Assembly (NCBI RefSeq): GCF_001194135.2
Contig: NC_068985.1
Coordinates: 43,387,658-43,427,479 of the forward strand
Direction: 5' to 3'
DNA length: 39,822 nt
Source: Octopus bimaculoides
Lineage: Eukaryota
Part shown: positions 10,032-21,152 of the stretch, in pieces
How positions within the stretch are numbered: the first letter of the stretch is position 1
Layout: the number at the start of each line of letters is the position of its first letter
Made by a program: the position numbers and the translations under genes
The notes under the pieces: model-generated
What the model saw: the letters and a program-made list of their open reading frames with translations, nothing else
Told to the model about the DNA's origin: nothing
The model's database searches: none

Positions 10032-10410
10032 AGCAGGCACAAGTGTGACTGTGTGGTAAAGAAGTTTGCTTCACGACCACACGGTTCCAGGTTCAGTCCT
10101 ACTGCATGGTACCTTGAGCAAGTGTCTTTTTACTACAGTCCTGGGTTGAAGAAATTGATGCCAGGACTTATTCTTTGTAAGCCTAGTACTTAGTCTATCA
10201 GTAACTATTTGCTGAACTGTTGAACACACCAACATTGGTTGTCAAGTGATGGTGGGGTGACAAACACAGACGCAAAGACACACATAAATCCACTCATAAG
10301 GCTTTGGTCAGTCTGAGGTTATAGTAGGAGACACCTTCCCGAGGTGCCACACAGTGGGATTGAACCCAGAACTATGTGGTTAAAAAGCAGGCTTCTTACC
10401 ACACAGCTAC
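10032..10410. mobile_element. Tail-to-tail pair of tRNA-derived SINEs (+ copy about 10032-10150, - copy about 10150-10410)
   Basis: Both ends carry the head gctgtgtggtaagaag...ggttc(c/t)(a/g)ggttca(g/a)tcc.actg, with A- and B-box-like motifs, in opposite orientation. Confidence 0.8.
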
Positions 10411-10489
10411 ATTTTAAAAATTTCTTTTTCCTAATAAAGTATTTAATGTTTGTTATAATTTTCGCTGTTGGCAATAATAATGGTCATAT

Positions 10490-10695
10490 AACTTACATTG
10501 GTTTCAGCATTATCAGCCTGGGACATGGCTAAGTCAGTATCACCACCTGGATAAGTCTTTTAGTTAATTATTTCGGGACACTATGGACCACTGAAGCAGA
10601 GAGTTGTTGTTGGTTGAGACGTATCCAGGTGTAGGTGGTTTATCTGGTATTTCCTGGAGGAATTTGTTCAGGTACCGTTTGAAAGTTGTGGGGTC
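10490..10695 (-). pseudogene. CR1/L2-like LINE 3' end (ORF2 C-terminus and 3' UTR)
   Basis: The minus strand of 10564-10695 translates to DPTTFKRYLNKFLQEIPDKPPTPGYVSTNNNSLLQWSIVSRNN*, resembling the FK..LDKFL..IPD.P..PGY ORF2 terminus of CR1-group LINEs. Confidence 0.7.
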
Positions 10696-11194
10696 TGAAT
10701 AAATTTCTCACTAATTTTGAAGCAATGGACTGTAATGTTGAACACTTTGCAAAAGTTGGACATATCATTCAAGATGCTGTGCGTTATTATCATAAGATAT
10801 ATGAAGAAAAAAAGAAAAAAACTATTCAAAGCTCATCATGTTCCTTGAAAAACCATCTACCTCAACCAAAGAACATGACTGTGAAAATTGAAAATTTATG
10901 TTCAATTGCAATTTTTTCATTGGAACAATTTTTTTTATTGTATGTATTCGGAATTTCATTTGTATTAATTTTTACATTAGTTTTAGATTGTATTTATGTT
11001 TACAGTACAACAGAGTACATATGTATTTTTTACATTATGTACAATAATTATGGATTAAATTTTTGGGATTTATATTTTTATAACTCGTTTGAATGAAAAT
11101 AGTGTTGGAAAATAGAAATCCAACGTACGACCAGATCGACCTACGACCTGTCAGACGGAACGGAACTCGGTCGTAAGTCGAGAAGGTGTACCTA
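10696..11194 (+). mobile_element. Tigger/pogo DNA transposon 3' remnant
   Basis: FEAMDCNVEHFAKVGHIIQDAVRYYHKIYEEKKKKTIQSS resembles the Tigger1 transposase C-terminus (FEAQDPNVER.TKV...QNAIQCYRVIYDEKKRATTQTS). A TIR-like end ggtcgtaagtcgagaaggtgtacc is followed by TA. Confidence 0.8.
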
Positions 11195-11564
11195 GCTTCC
11201 TAACAGGGAATACTACAATATTTACTGGTGTACAAGATGCGCTTTTTAAAAAAAATTTATAATAGATCCTAAAATTTCTTTATGTCTAATATGACTATAT
11301 TAATATATATGGAAGATTGAACTCCGTACACTAAAGAGCAGAATGAGCCTGAGTTCACAGGGTACAATAATTTTTACTAATAATAAAAGGTTGAAAACAA
11401 GCCAAATTAACAGACTAGTTGCATAAATTTGCTAAAAAGTGCACACAGTTACGTCGCTAATTATGTGAGATCACGTCATCCCATTATTCCTACTTCCTTA
11501 GCATACATGACCCGCTTATTTAATGAATTTATTGCCGTGGGGAAAAAAAACAACCTGACCATAC

Positions 11565-11683
11565 CTTTGGTACATCACCTTGGTGGCCGATCGCAGTTAC
11601 ACAGAATTTTATTGCTAGAAATACACATTTTACACCTATTACGGCAATTCTTGTAATCGAAATATAAAAACTATTCAGTTGAT
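11565..11683 (-). other. Candidate internal exon (119 nt), product unknown
   Basis: Acceptor cttctttcag and donor AAG|gtatgg, in non-repetitive sequence. One frame is open (QLNSFYISITRIAVIGVKCVFLAIKFCVTAIGHQGDVPK) but not recognised. Confidence 0.3.
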
Positions 11684-12629
11684 CTGAAAGAAGATAAAGC
11701 TGAAATACAGCTCCACCATAACAAAGTTTATTATGATAAATTTATGTTTTCATACTTAATTTTAGTATTCTGTCGGAACATTCTATTTACATGCACAGAA
11801 TTATTAATTTCCCGCCTCCCAAACCACTTTGAAATGTCTTTCAATAAGCATATGATCTTTAGTTACGCCGGGTTTTTTTTTATTATCAATTCAATTTTAT
11901 TATTGTTGGGTTTATAATCTTTATTTCTATTACAATTACTTTTGTATTAGGATTTTATGTTATTTATGAGTAGGATATCAAGAAGATTATTGCGTTATCT
12001 ACTTATACACCGACGAATGCGGTAATTAGTTAAATTTGTGCTTCATTTTAGACAATTACCGTTTCAGAAATAACTTATTTAATATCTCTATGTAACCATA
12101 CTGATGGGTCAATAAGACAATATGAATGTATTTGCAAAGCCTGCTAGAAACAATAACTAAAACATGCTGTTTTGAAAAAAGGAGGACATATTGGATAATG
12201 TGGTAATGGGTATACTAATCCAGCAACTAAGGTAGAATAAGTATATTTGGAATGTCTTTGATCTGAAATCAAATCTGGAGTTAAGCAACACGGATATATG
12301 TAGATTGTGATGGTAAATAAGGGCATAGTTGAGACATTAAAATGCTCTCTTTGAAATCATGAGGCTCCAGGTTTGATCTCATTACATGGCATCTTGGATA
12401 AATGTCTTGGAATTTAGTAGAAAGAAACTGTTTAGAACAGGCGTGGAAACCTTTTGCGAGAAGCGGCCAGCACCAGACATGGTTCATCAAGCGGGCTGCA
12501 CTACTGAAAGAATTCAAGGAAACTTTTTGTTGGTGTGCCATTCAGAAAGTCCTACAGACTGCAATTTTGCTCATGACTAATTTAGAAGCTCATTAGATAG
12601 ATGTTTTGTTCTTGTAATAGAGATATCAA

Positions 12630-13183
12630 GGATCTTTTTTAAAACGGGGGCCACATTTTTCATTAACGAAACACTTTGAAACCTGGAACACTGGTAGAAT
12701 GTGTCATATAAAACATCTTTTTCTCTTAGTCTTCTTAAAAAAAAAAAGAAATCCCTAAGTTATTCCATGTTAAAGTTGTCGTATTTCTGTAATTTCAACC
12801 AATCACTGACGTCCATTCAGCCGATATACATTAAGTGCCGACTACATAAACAAACGATTCTGAAACAATTAACCCTAACCCTAGGGTTAGGGTTAAAGCA
12901 AATTTAAAATGAAAAAAGCAAATAAAACGAAGGTATGGAGATTAAATACGCTTTACATCGCTTAATCAGCCAAAGGAGTAAATATAAACAACTGAATACT
13001 TGTCAGTGATTGGTTGAAATTATCGAAATAAGACAATTTTTTACATGAAATAAATTCGAATACAAAAATATTTTTCTGTTCTATAACACAAAATAGATAA
13101 GTATACGAAGTTTGAAAGTCTTTCCGTACCAAAAACACTACGTAAAACAATGAAAAATGTGGCCCCCGTTTCAAAATAGATCC
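12630..13183. mobile_element. 554-bp MITE with GG-ended TIRs, an 8-bp TSD and a central telomere-like palindrome
   Basis: TIRs ggatct...aaaacgggggccacatttttcatt / aatgaaaaatgtggcccccgtttcaaaatagatcc. A perfect TSD GATATCAA lies at 12622-12629 and 13184-13191. An inner inverted repeat tttcaaccaatcactgac is also present. Confidence 0.9.
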
Positions 13184-14024
13184 GATATCAATTCTTACTA
13201 TATATTGTATCATGCTGATTTTATATGAGAATTGTCTGTGGAATATTCAACCACTTACACGTTTATGTAATGATTAGGTAGTTCGGTCGATCAAACGACA
13301 AAGCACTTATCGTTGAAGCCAACACCGCCGTGGTTACTAAACGAAGCAAGGGGATTACATTAACATTTTTACCTGAATGTCATTTGATAAAGTAAATGTC
13401 ATGCTTATTTAAACAACATTCTGCTATATTTATGAATAGTGCATAAAGCGAGATGAGATAAATGATTTAGAAGTGTAGAATATAGCTGGAAATCCAGAAT
13501 TTGTATATTTCAAAAAGAACCCCCAGACATTCCTGTATAATAATGATGTAGAATATTAAAAAATATCGAATATATTCTCTTCTTTTCTAGCATTCCTGTG
13601 TTTCATACAAGGAAAATTACGATTCTGAAAGATGTTTTTTCAAAAATTAAAAATTGCTTTTAATTCCATGCCCCTGCTTTCGTAACATTTTCTTTTCCTG
13701 TGTTGTAGTGTGTGCTGCATCCGAAACTACGACCCCCGTCCTTTATATATCAAAAGGATGTGTTATAATACTATTCCACAGCCACACCAACAATCCAATA
13801 CTATTCCACATATACAAAAACAGCCATACCAACAATCCAACATACCTCCATCATAAGCTGCCCCACGGATATCATTATGGTTTCGACACCTGGGCAGTAC
13901 CATTCAATCCGGCGGTGTCAACAGCACTAAAATAAGTGTTGATGGGGAACAAACAAACCAAAAAACTACAACTTTTAAACACATTTACCCAATGTACAAC
14001 CGTACCGATAAATAAATACCATAA

Positions 14025-14667
14025 GTAAATTTCAACCACTCCTAAATACGTAACTAAACAGCGACAACTCTATTAAATTATACAAAATTATAATCCCTAC
14101 CGTCTTCCGTAGTGTAATATAAAAGTAAAAACTTAATAACCACATTCTAATCAATCAATATATAGGCAGGATTAAACACTTTAATAAAACTACAAGAAAC
14201 ATATAAACCAATGTACATTGTATCGGTATTAATAGTTAACTGCAATAACTAAATTATATGCTAAATTGCGATCAATCTTTAAGTTCATATAAATAATAAT
14301 CCCACCGGTCTTCCATAGATACTACTATAATGAAAGTTCAAGCCTTATAAAATTTTTTTCCAAAACAAAACACGAATGAAATTAATTTAACTCGTATTTT
14401 TATGTGTGAAATACATTATTTCATAATTCAAAAGTTAATAATAAAACACTACATACTCATTAATATATCACCACTACAAGTTATAATATATATATATGAA
14501 ACTTTTTAAAAAAGCTCATGCCTTGCGTTAACTTTTAATGCATATTCAGTGTACCGTGGATCGAAAATATTTAAAATTCGATAATATAATTTATAGTAAC
14601 ACAAAAAGCGTTAAATGTAGTAATGTAAATTACAGCCATTACGTATTTAGGAGTGGTTGTAATTTAC
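14025..14667. mobile_element. Putative TIR element (about 29-bp inverted termini, no TSD seen)
   Basis: gtaaatttcaaccactcctaaatacgtaa (14025-14053) versus ttacgtatttaggagtggttgtaatttac (14639-14667), with one mismatch. Confidence 0.55.
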
Positions 14668-16689
14668 CCTGTTCAAACCCATCTTACACAGATGAGTGTG
14701 CGTAGATGAAAGAATCAAGTCTAGTGATAAAAACTAACGAAATAAAATTGCTCAGGCATGTGTGTATAAGCTAATACGAATGAAAAGATCCGAAATTCAT
14801 GTCTACTTGTTCTTTATGATTGTTTATAGATATACATAAACACTTTCTCTGTCAAACATAATCTTACGTGCATTCTCCCCATACAAACACACATACATAA
14901 ACCCATAATTATACATACACACATAAATGCAGAAACAAGTACTAACCGACATACATTTATTAAGAATAGTCGTGCACGTACACATAAACACACATAATCA
15001 AGAATAGTCAAATTGTGCGCGTACACACACACATTTCAAGACTAATCATGTCGCGCGCACAGACAAGCACAGACAGACATACTTATATCGGGAATAGTTG
15101 CGCGCGTATACACGCAAACACGTTCATACATGTAAGTGGAGGTGGTGGTGGTGCTGTGGTGTCAAATAAATGTCATTATTTGTCTGTATATGTTTTTGTT
15201 TCGAAAACTACATTTATGTGAAATGACAACAAAGAAACAATGAGTAAATGATAAAAAGCGGAAACGAAGATGGAGGAGGGGAATAATAATGTGTGTCTAC
15301 ATTGTGTCGGATTGTCTGTAATAATGACTTCCAACCTTGGCCCTCTTTCTCTTCACCTTCCCTCTCTCCATTTATCTCTATCTCTCCATCCATTTTATTA
15401 TATTAGTGTTGTTATGTGTACATGTATGTGTGCAAACGTATGCATATGTAGATAATGTGTGTATGCATGTATATAAGAATTGTATACACACGTATCTGTG
15501 TGTGTAGGGGGGTAATCATCGGTATATAATATATATGTATATATGTTTATGTCTGCAAGTATCCATGTTTGTGCTTGTACATTTATAGAGAAAAATACAC
15601 TACATTATCAATGTGTGTTCTTGTATGTTATATGTAGCTGTATACAGTTGTACGGATATGTTTGTGTATGTGCGTCAATCGGTATATTTTTGTGTATGTG
15701 TAGATAATATTGCTATATGTTAGTGTATGTTTGGTGGTGTGTGTACGTGGCTATATGCTTGCGTGTAAGACTTAAGGTTGTGTCTTTACGTGTGCGTGTC
15801 TCTGGTTTGCTTTGTGTAATCAAGTGGTTGCTTTTTCCATATTTCAAAAAAAAACTAAATGAATTGCTACTCTGCTTGTGTTGTTGGCAACAAGAAATAC
15901 AGGAGTAACAGAGACAGATTGTGGTGGTTACTGACATGTACAACAACACTGGTGCTTTCTCCATGACAGTAGCAATGTTAACTGCTTCAAGAACTGTAGA
16001 ACGAAAACAGCTCCTTAAAAGGAAACACACACACACACACACACAATATCTGTGTGTGTTTTATATATATATGTGTGTGTGTGGTTGTCAGTGTGTATGT
16101 ATATATGAATTTATTTTGCTTGATTGTGTTTGGATTGAGGCCATGCTGGGGCACCAAATCGAAACTAGTTGTCAAGCGGTGACGGGGGACAAACACAACA
16201 CAACATAAAAACGCTCACGCACACAGATATTCTGTATTGGGATGAAATTAGTAAAATATTGTGAGAAATTGTTTGTTCTTTTAAATCCCTCAATAAAAAC
16301 AGTTTTAACATTTTAAAAAAATGTGCAAATATTGAGAAAAGAGAATAACTCGATGTAACACGGTTACGCAACTGAAGTATAAAAGAATTCACTGACGAGT
16401 TATGTTATATGTATTGGAAAAAAATTTTACTCATTGTTACTCCAACTATCACGCTTTTTGATCGGAAATGCGTACCTTGCCCAAGCAGGACCGAACCCGA
16501 AACCACGTGGTTTCAAACACACAACCATACCTTCGCTGCTTATTAATCAATATTCTTTCATTTATGCTTGTTAGTCACTAGCTATACTTGCCATTCATTC
16601 TGCTGTAACTTTGACCACAGCAATCTTTTATGTCCAATACTGTTTTCCTATTAAAAGTTGAGTAAATTTTCAATGTAAACTTCGAATGA

Positions 16690-16860
16690 ACCAGGCGATG
16701 CATTCATTGTGTTCTTACGCAAAACACTTCATTTCACGTTGTTCCAGTCCGCTCAGCTGGTAAAAATGAACAATCCTGTGACAGACTGGCGTCCCATCCA
16801 AGGAGGAATATATACGCCGAGAAATCGGTCCTATGCTCCTTATAGAGTAATGTGGACTAA
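16690..16860 (+). mobile_element. SINE fragment of a distinct family
   Basis: cacgttgttccagtccgctcagctgg...aatcctgtgacagactggcgtcccatccaagg resembles the ccctgcgatggactggcgtcccgtccaggg motif of widespread aquatic-animal SINEs. The superfamily is not determined. Confidence 0.5.
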
Positions 16861-17324
16861 CCATATTTATTGTCAGTATTTTATGTTCTACTAAAAAATG
16901 GGTGGGACTAGTCAAAGTTTACTATGTTTCTAATAATTCCAGTTAATTTCCATTGTGATGACAGCCTACATCACTACCGTGAAATAAAAGGTCTTTTTGT
17001 TTTTGCTAAAACTTTACAACAATAAGCAAAAAGTGGTGTGCAATAACTGCACTTACAGAGTATTTATAGTGATGAACTTTAAAAGATTTTGAATGAAAGA
17101 AGACATTTTGATCAGCAGACTAAATCTGAGAGTGACACAGAGTAGGGAGGCGTGCCGAGCAATCGACAAGGCAAAACTAAAACAATATTTTATGAGATGG
17201 GGCAGGGTACACAAGCTGACCACTCGATTTAAAACCACCAGTCCTTGAGTTCTTTTAATCCTTTGTCTGTCATGTGTATTAGATGTGATACACATCCATG
17301 CTTCATATATGATATACAATTTTT

Positions 17325-18770
17325 TTTAGAGGCTTTATTTTGAGGCTTTGACCTTGTTCCTTACTTTCACTCCTGTCACTTTTGCTTTTTTCTCCCTTCT
17401 CTTTCTTCACTTAATCTCAACCTTCACCTTGTTTAAACATATTTCATTGGTGTCCATGCATCATATGTGATACACAATCCCAATTATTTTCAACCACCAG
17501 AGTAACTATGGACTTTATGAAAGGAAAGTTTTATATTATTCAGAATATATGTCTGAAAAGAAGCATGGACATTTAGGACAAACTTATTAAAATGCTTTGG
17601 GCAGGCAAAGGGTTAATGGAGACCACTCTAATGCAGGCTTTCTGACTCTCTGTTTCTACTCTTCTATTCTTATGAAAGGAAAGTTTTATATTATTTAGAA
17701 AAACATACATCATTTTATCTATTATGCTTGTCACACTTATCTAAACCTACTTTATACACCCGTCATATTTTCCTTTCCAATGTTCACTCTTCTGTGTTAA
17801 AACACCAGCTTCTTTCCTCCATTGCTACCTTTCAACCATGTTACATTTTTTGTTAATCAACATCGTTATTTTTGCCTTTTCTCCTATTTAGCCTTCTATT
17901 TTTCCTTTTCTTTTTCCTGTCTTGATGAAGGACTACTCTCCAAAATGTAGACTAGTCTTCCTTTCTTTTCTTCTGCATTGACACATTTTGTTTTTGTTCA
18001 CTTCCTTTTTTACATTGTTTTCACGTCTCACCTGGATCTTAATTATATTGATATCAATTACTGTACTGTCTAGGATATAACCTGGTTTATTCTGGAGTTT
18101 TATATTTCATTGTCTTGAGGTTATTAAAATTATTTAAATTTTTTTTAAAATTCACACAATATTTTGAGTTTTACAGTGTGGAAAAGCCAGGGAGAGGTGG
18201 TGTGAGTGGAATATGAGGGAAACAAAGGTGGGAGAAGTTGAGAACAGAAGAGTAGAAACAGTGAGTCAAACTAGAGATCTGGCCTGAATGCCTGCATTAG
18301 AGTAGTCTCCATTAACCCTTTGCCTGTCCAAAGCATTTTAATAAGTTTGTCCTAAATGTACATGCTTCTTTTCGGACATTTAATTAGCCCTTGTTTTGTA
18401 ACTTAGATAAGTTTCAGCCAGTATAGACCCAGGCCATGTCGAACTTATAGCACCACCTTCTGAAGTGATTTAGTTCATGATTCATACTTCAGTCATATAT
18501 GGGATACCATGGCCCACTCTAGCAAAGAGTTATTATTGTTGGAGACATTTCTGGGTGCAGGAGGTGAATAATACAAAACTTTTTTTTCATAAGTCTATAG
18601 TTACTCTACTAGTTGAAAAAAATTGGGAATGTGTATCACATGATTCATGGACACTAATGAAATATGTTTAAACAAGGTGAAGGTTGAGGTTAAGTAAAGA
18701 AAGGGAGGGAAAAGTTAAAAGTGGTAGGAATGAAAGTAAAGAACACAAAGCTTCTAAGAAAAATCCTGAA
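17325..18770. repeat. Large imperfect inverted repeat (left arm about 17325-17672; right arm about 18240-18380 plus 18560-18770), Penelope-like
   Basis: For example gacatttaggacaaacttattaaaatgctttgg.caggcaaagggttaatggagac versus its reverse complement at 18285-18380, and ctcaaccttcaccttgtttaaacatatttcatt versus 18655-18690. A decayed hammerhead-like motif lies in the spacer at 17919-17952. Confidence 0.8.
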
Positions 18771-19932
18771 GGATGATCAAATATTGGTCAGTGGTAAGAA
18801 CACATTTATAAATAGCCTTCTTGATGAGCATGCATGCAAATACACGCACACACACACACACACACACACAAACATGCACATACAATGCAAGCACGTGATT
18901 GTATATACACATGCGAACACAAGCATGCACTCTACTTACACCACCACTTCCGTCAAGCCTTTTGAATGTGATATAATGAAATACTCCACCTCTTGGAGTA
19001 ATCTAGTTTACATCCTTGTCAGTACTGTAATATAAATGACATGTATGTAATTAATATCCATGTGAGACATGCAAAACAAAACAAAATAATACACCAAAAG
19101 AAAATATAAAGTCACTGTATTTAGCACTGAGAAGAAAAGAAAGGTAGATAAATTTACATTTCAGACAATGGTCCTTTATGAATAAACCCAGTCATTTACA
19201 CAAAATGAACCTATGGAAATTGTAATTGAAGGGTGTAAAGAAGTTAGCATGAGAAGGAGAATGAGATGGAAAGTAGAATTGCAGGAAGTTGAGGCCTATA
19301 TTTATAGCTTATGAAGCAGTTCTCAGAGATTAAAGATAAGATGCTTTTTGTTGTGTTTGAGTCCAGTCAAGTCTAGTGTTGTAAAACACAAGATGAGAAG
19401 TGGTTAGTGGAGTGGACAGATGGACAAGTTGAAACGATATGCTACAAGTTAAGGGACTTTCTGGGCATTGTTACAGGCCCTGTGTGATGTTGTGTAATGT
19501 TCTTTAAAACAATCAACTGAATGTCAACCTATCTTGCTATCTATGAGGTATTGTAGATTTTATGTGCTGTGGAGAGAGTTGAAATGGCCACTCTCATTGA
19601 CTGTAAATTTGGAGCCTGCTAAAAGGACACACAAAGACAAATATAATACTGGGAGAAGAGACTAGTGACATTCCAGATTAGGTATAGGTAGGGACAAAGT
19701 GATACCTGATCATATCTCTATTATGCCCAATATGTCTACTTTTTTAAGCTGCTTATAGCTTATCAGACAGTTGATCATCTGATTCAGGTAACCTTTGCTT
19801 TTGTTTTCTACACATGTAACAAGCCTTCTTGCCCCTTAAAAACATATATGATGAAGCATTGAAAAAGCCTCTATATTGTTGTGTGACTTACAAAATTAGC
19901 CAACAAGTCTCTCTTTAATTACACCTGCTCTT

Positions 19933-20162
19933 TTAACCCTTTAGTAATTTAAACCAGCTATACCTGGCCTTAATATTCTACCTGTTTTGTTTTAAAACCT
20001 GCCAGATTCAGCCTCTTGCACTTACCCTATTATGTCGTTCTAACAATAAACAAAAAACATCATTGAAATCTTGAAGTACCGAGATAATGCATGATTAATT
20101 CAAAATAATGCAAATGAATAAACATCACATTTGACAGAGTAATCTGAATACTAAAGGGTTAA
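19933..20162. mobile_element. piggyBac-type MITE with TTAA TSD
   Basis: TTAA|ccctttagta ... tactaaaggg|TTAA. The interior is the reverse-orientation relative of 37647-37825. Confidence 0.85.
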
Positions 20163-20223
20163 AGAAGCAGCATGGTTGTGTCTGGAACATTTTTGATCAT
20201 AATAAGTCTAATCATTCAAGATT

Positions 20224-20700
20224 AAGGGCTGAACAACAGCTTAAATCATCATCATCATTGTTTAACGTCCGCTTTCCATGCTAGCATGGGTTGGACAATT
20301 TGACTGAGGACTGGTGAGCCAGGTGGCTACACCAGGTTCCAATCTTGATTTGGCAGAGTTTCTACAGCTGGATGCCCTTTCTAACGCCAACCACCCTGAG
20401 AGTGTAGTGGGTGCTTTTATGTGTCACCCGGCATGAAGGCCAGTCAGACGGTACTGGCAACGGCCATGCTCGAAATGGTGTATTTTACGTGCCACCTGCA
20501 CAGGAGCCAGTGTAGTGGTACTGGCAGCAATCTCGCTTGAATGTCTTTTCACCTGCCACTGGCACAAGTGCCAGGAAGGCGACGTTGGTAACGATCACAC
20601 TCAAATGGTACTATTTACGTGCCACTGACACGGAAGCCAGGCAGCTGGTGCTCTGGCAACGATCACGCTCAGACGGTGCTTTTGTGATCCACTGGTATGT
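20224..20700 (-). mobile_element. (GAT)n-tailed retroposon, longest copy in the window
   Basis: Same family as 2914 and 5825, with internally repeated ...tggcaacgatc(t/a)cgctc blocks. Confidence 0.88.
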
Positions 20701-20939
20701 GTGTATCTTAATGTATCTTTGAGAAAAGAAATGTCTATTCTATAGCATGGGCTTTTATCATAACAGGCTGATCTGGGATAAACAACCATCACCTCCAATT
20801 CCCCTTCCCAAAGGAGGATGTTTATTCTCCTTGGTTTAATGGTTAAGGATCTTCGACAATACAATGGTGGAATTGTTGGGGTTGCAGAGCACTATACTAA
20901 ATTCATTTTGGTATTTACTAGTTGTGGCATATACATTTG

Positions 20940-21152
20940 CTTATTGTTTAAACATAATAAAGGATGCACTTCAGTTGAGAAAAAATTAAGGGCTATGATG
21001 GAAGCAAAGGGTGGCCATTTTGAATAGTAATATATGCAAAATATTGTCAATAAATATAACCATCAACCTATGAACTTTCATTAATCAAAATCTAAGGCTT
21101 TTTATTTTATGATAAAATCAATAATGGGTGAATACATGTACTGCACCTAGTA
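20940..21152 (+). mobile_element. Tc1/mariner-superfamily transposon 3' remnant
   Basis: KLRAMMEAKGGHFE* matches the typical R..AVI.AKGG... transposase C-terminus. It is followed about 120 bp later by a TIR-like end ...actgcacctag|ta. Confidence 0.65.

Noticed and set aside
10032-10110. tRNA-like A/B box sequences (also at 16440-16540, 23690-23840, 27295, 35540-35640)
   Set aside because: No complete cloverleaf. Each continues into a SINE body, so they are SINE heads rather than tRNA genes.
12402-12596. ORF MSWNLVERNCLEQAWKPF... as a plus-strand coding exon
   Set aside because: It begins inside a decayed SINE head, has no good acceptor and has no recognisable motif.
18285-18330. cctgaatgcctgcattagagtagtc as a hammerhead relic in the inverted-repeat arms
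   Set aside because: It lacks both an intact CUGANGA and GAAA in either arm.
19756-19790. tagcttatcagac matches the first 13 nt of vertebrate miR-21
   Set aside because: The match stops at 13 nt, only a 6-bp local hairpin forms, and miR-21 is a vertebrate family. Treated as coincidence.
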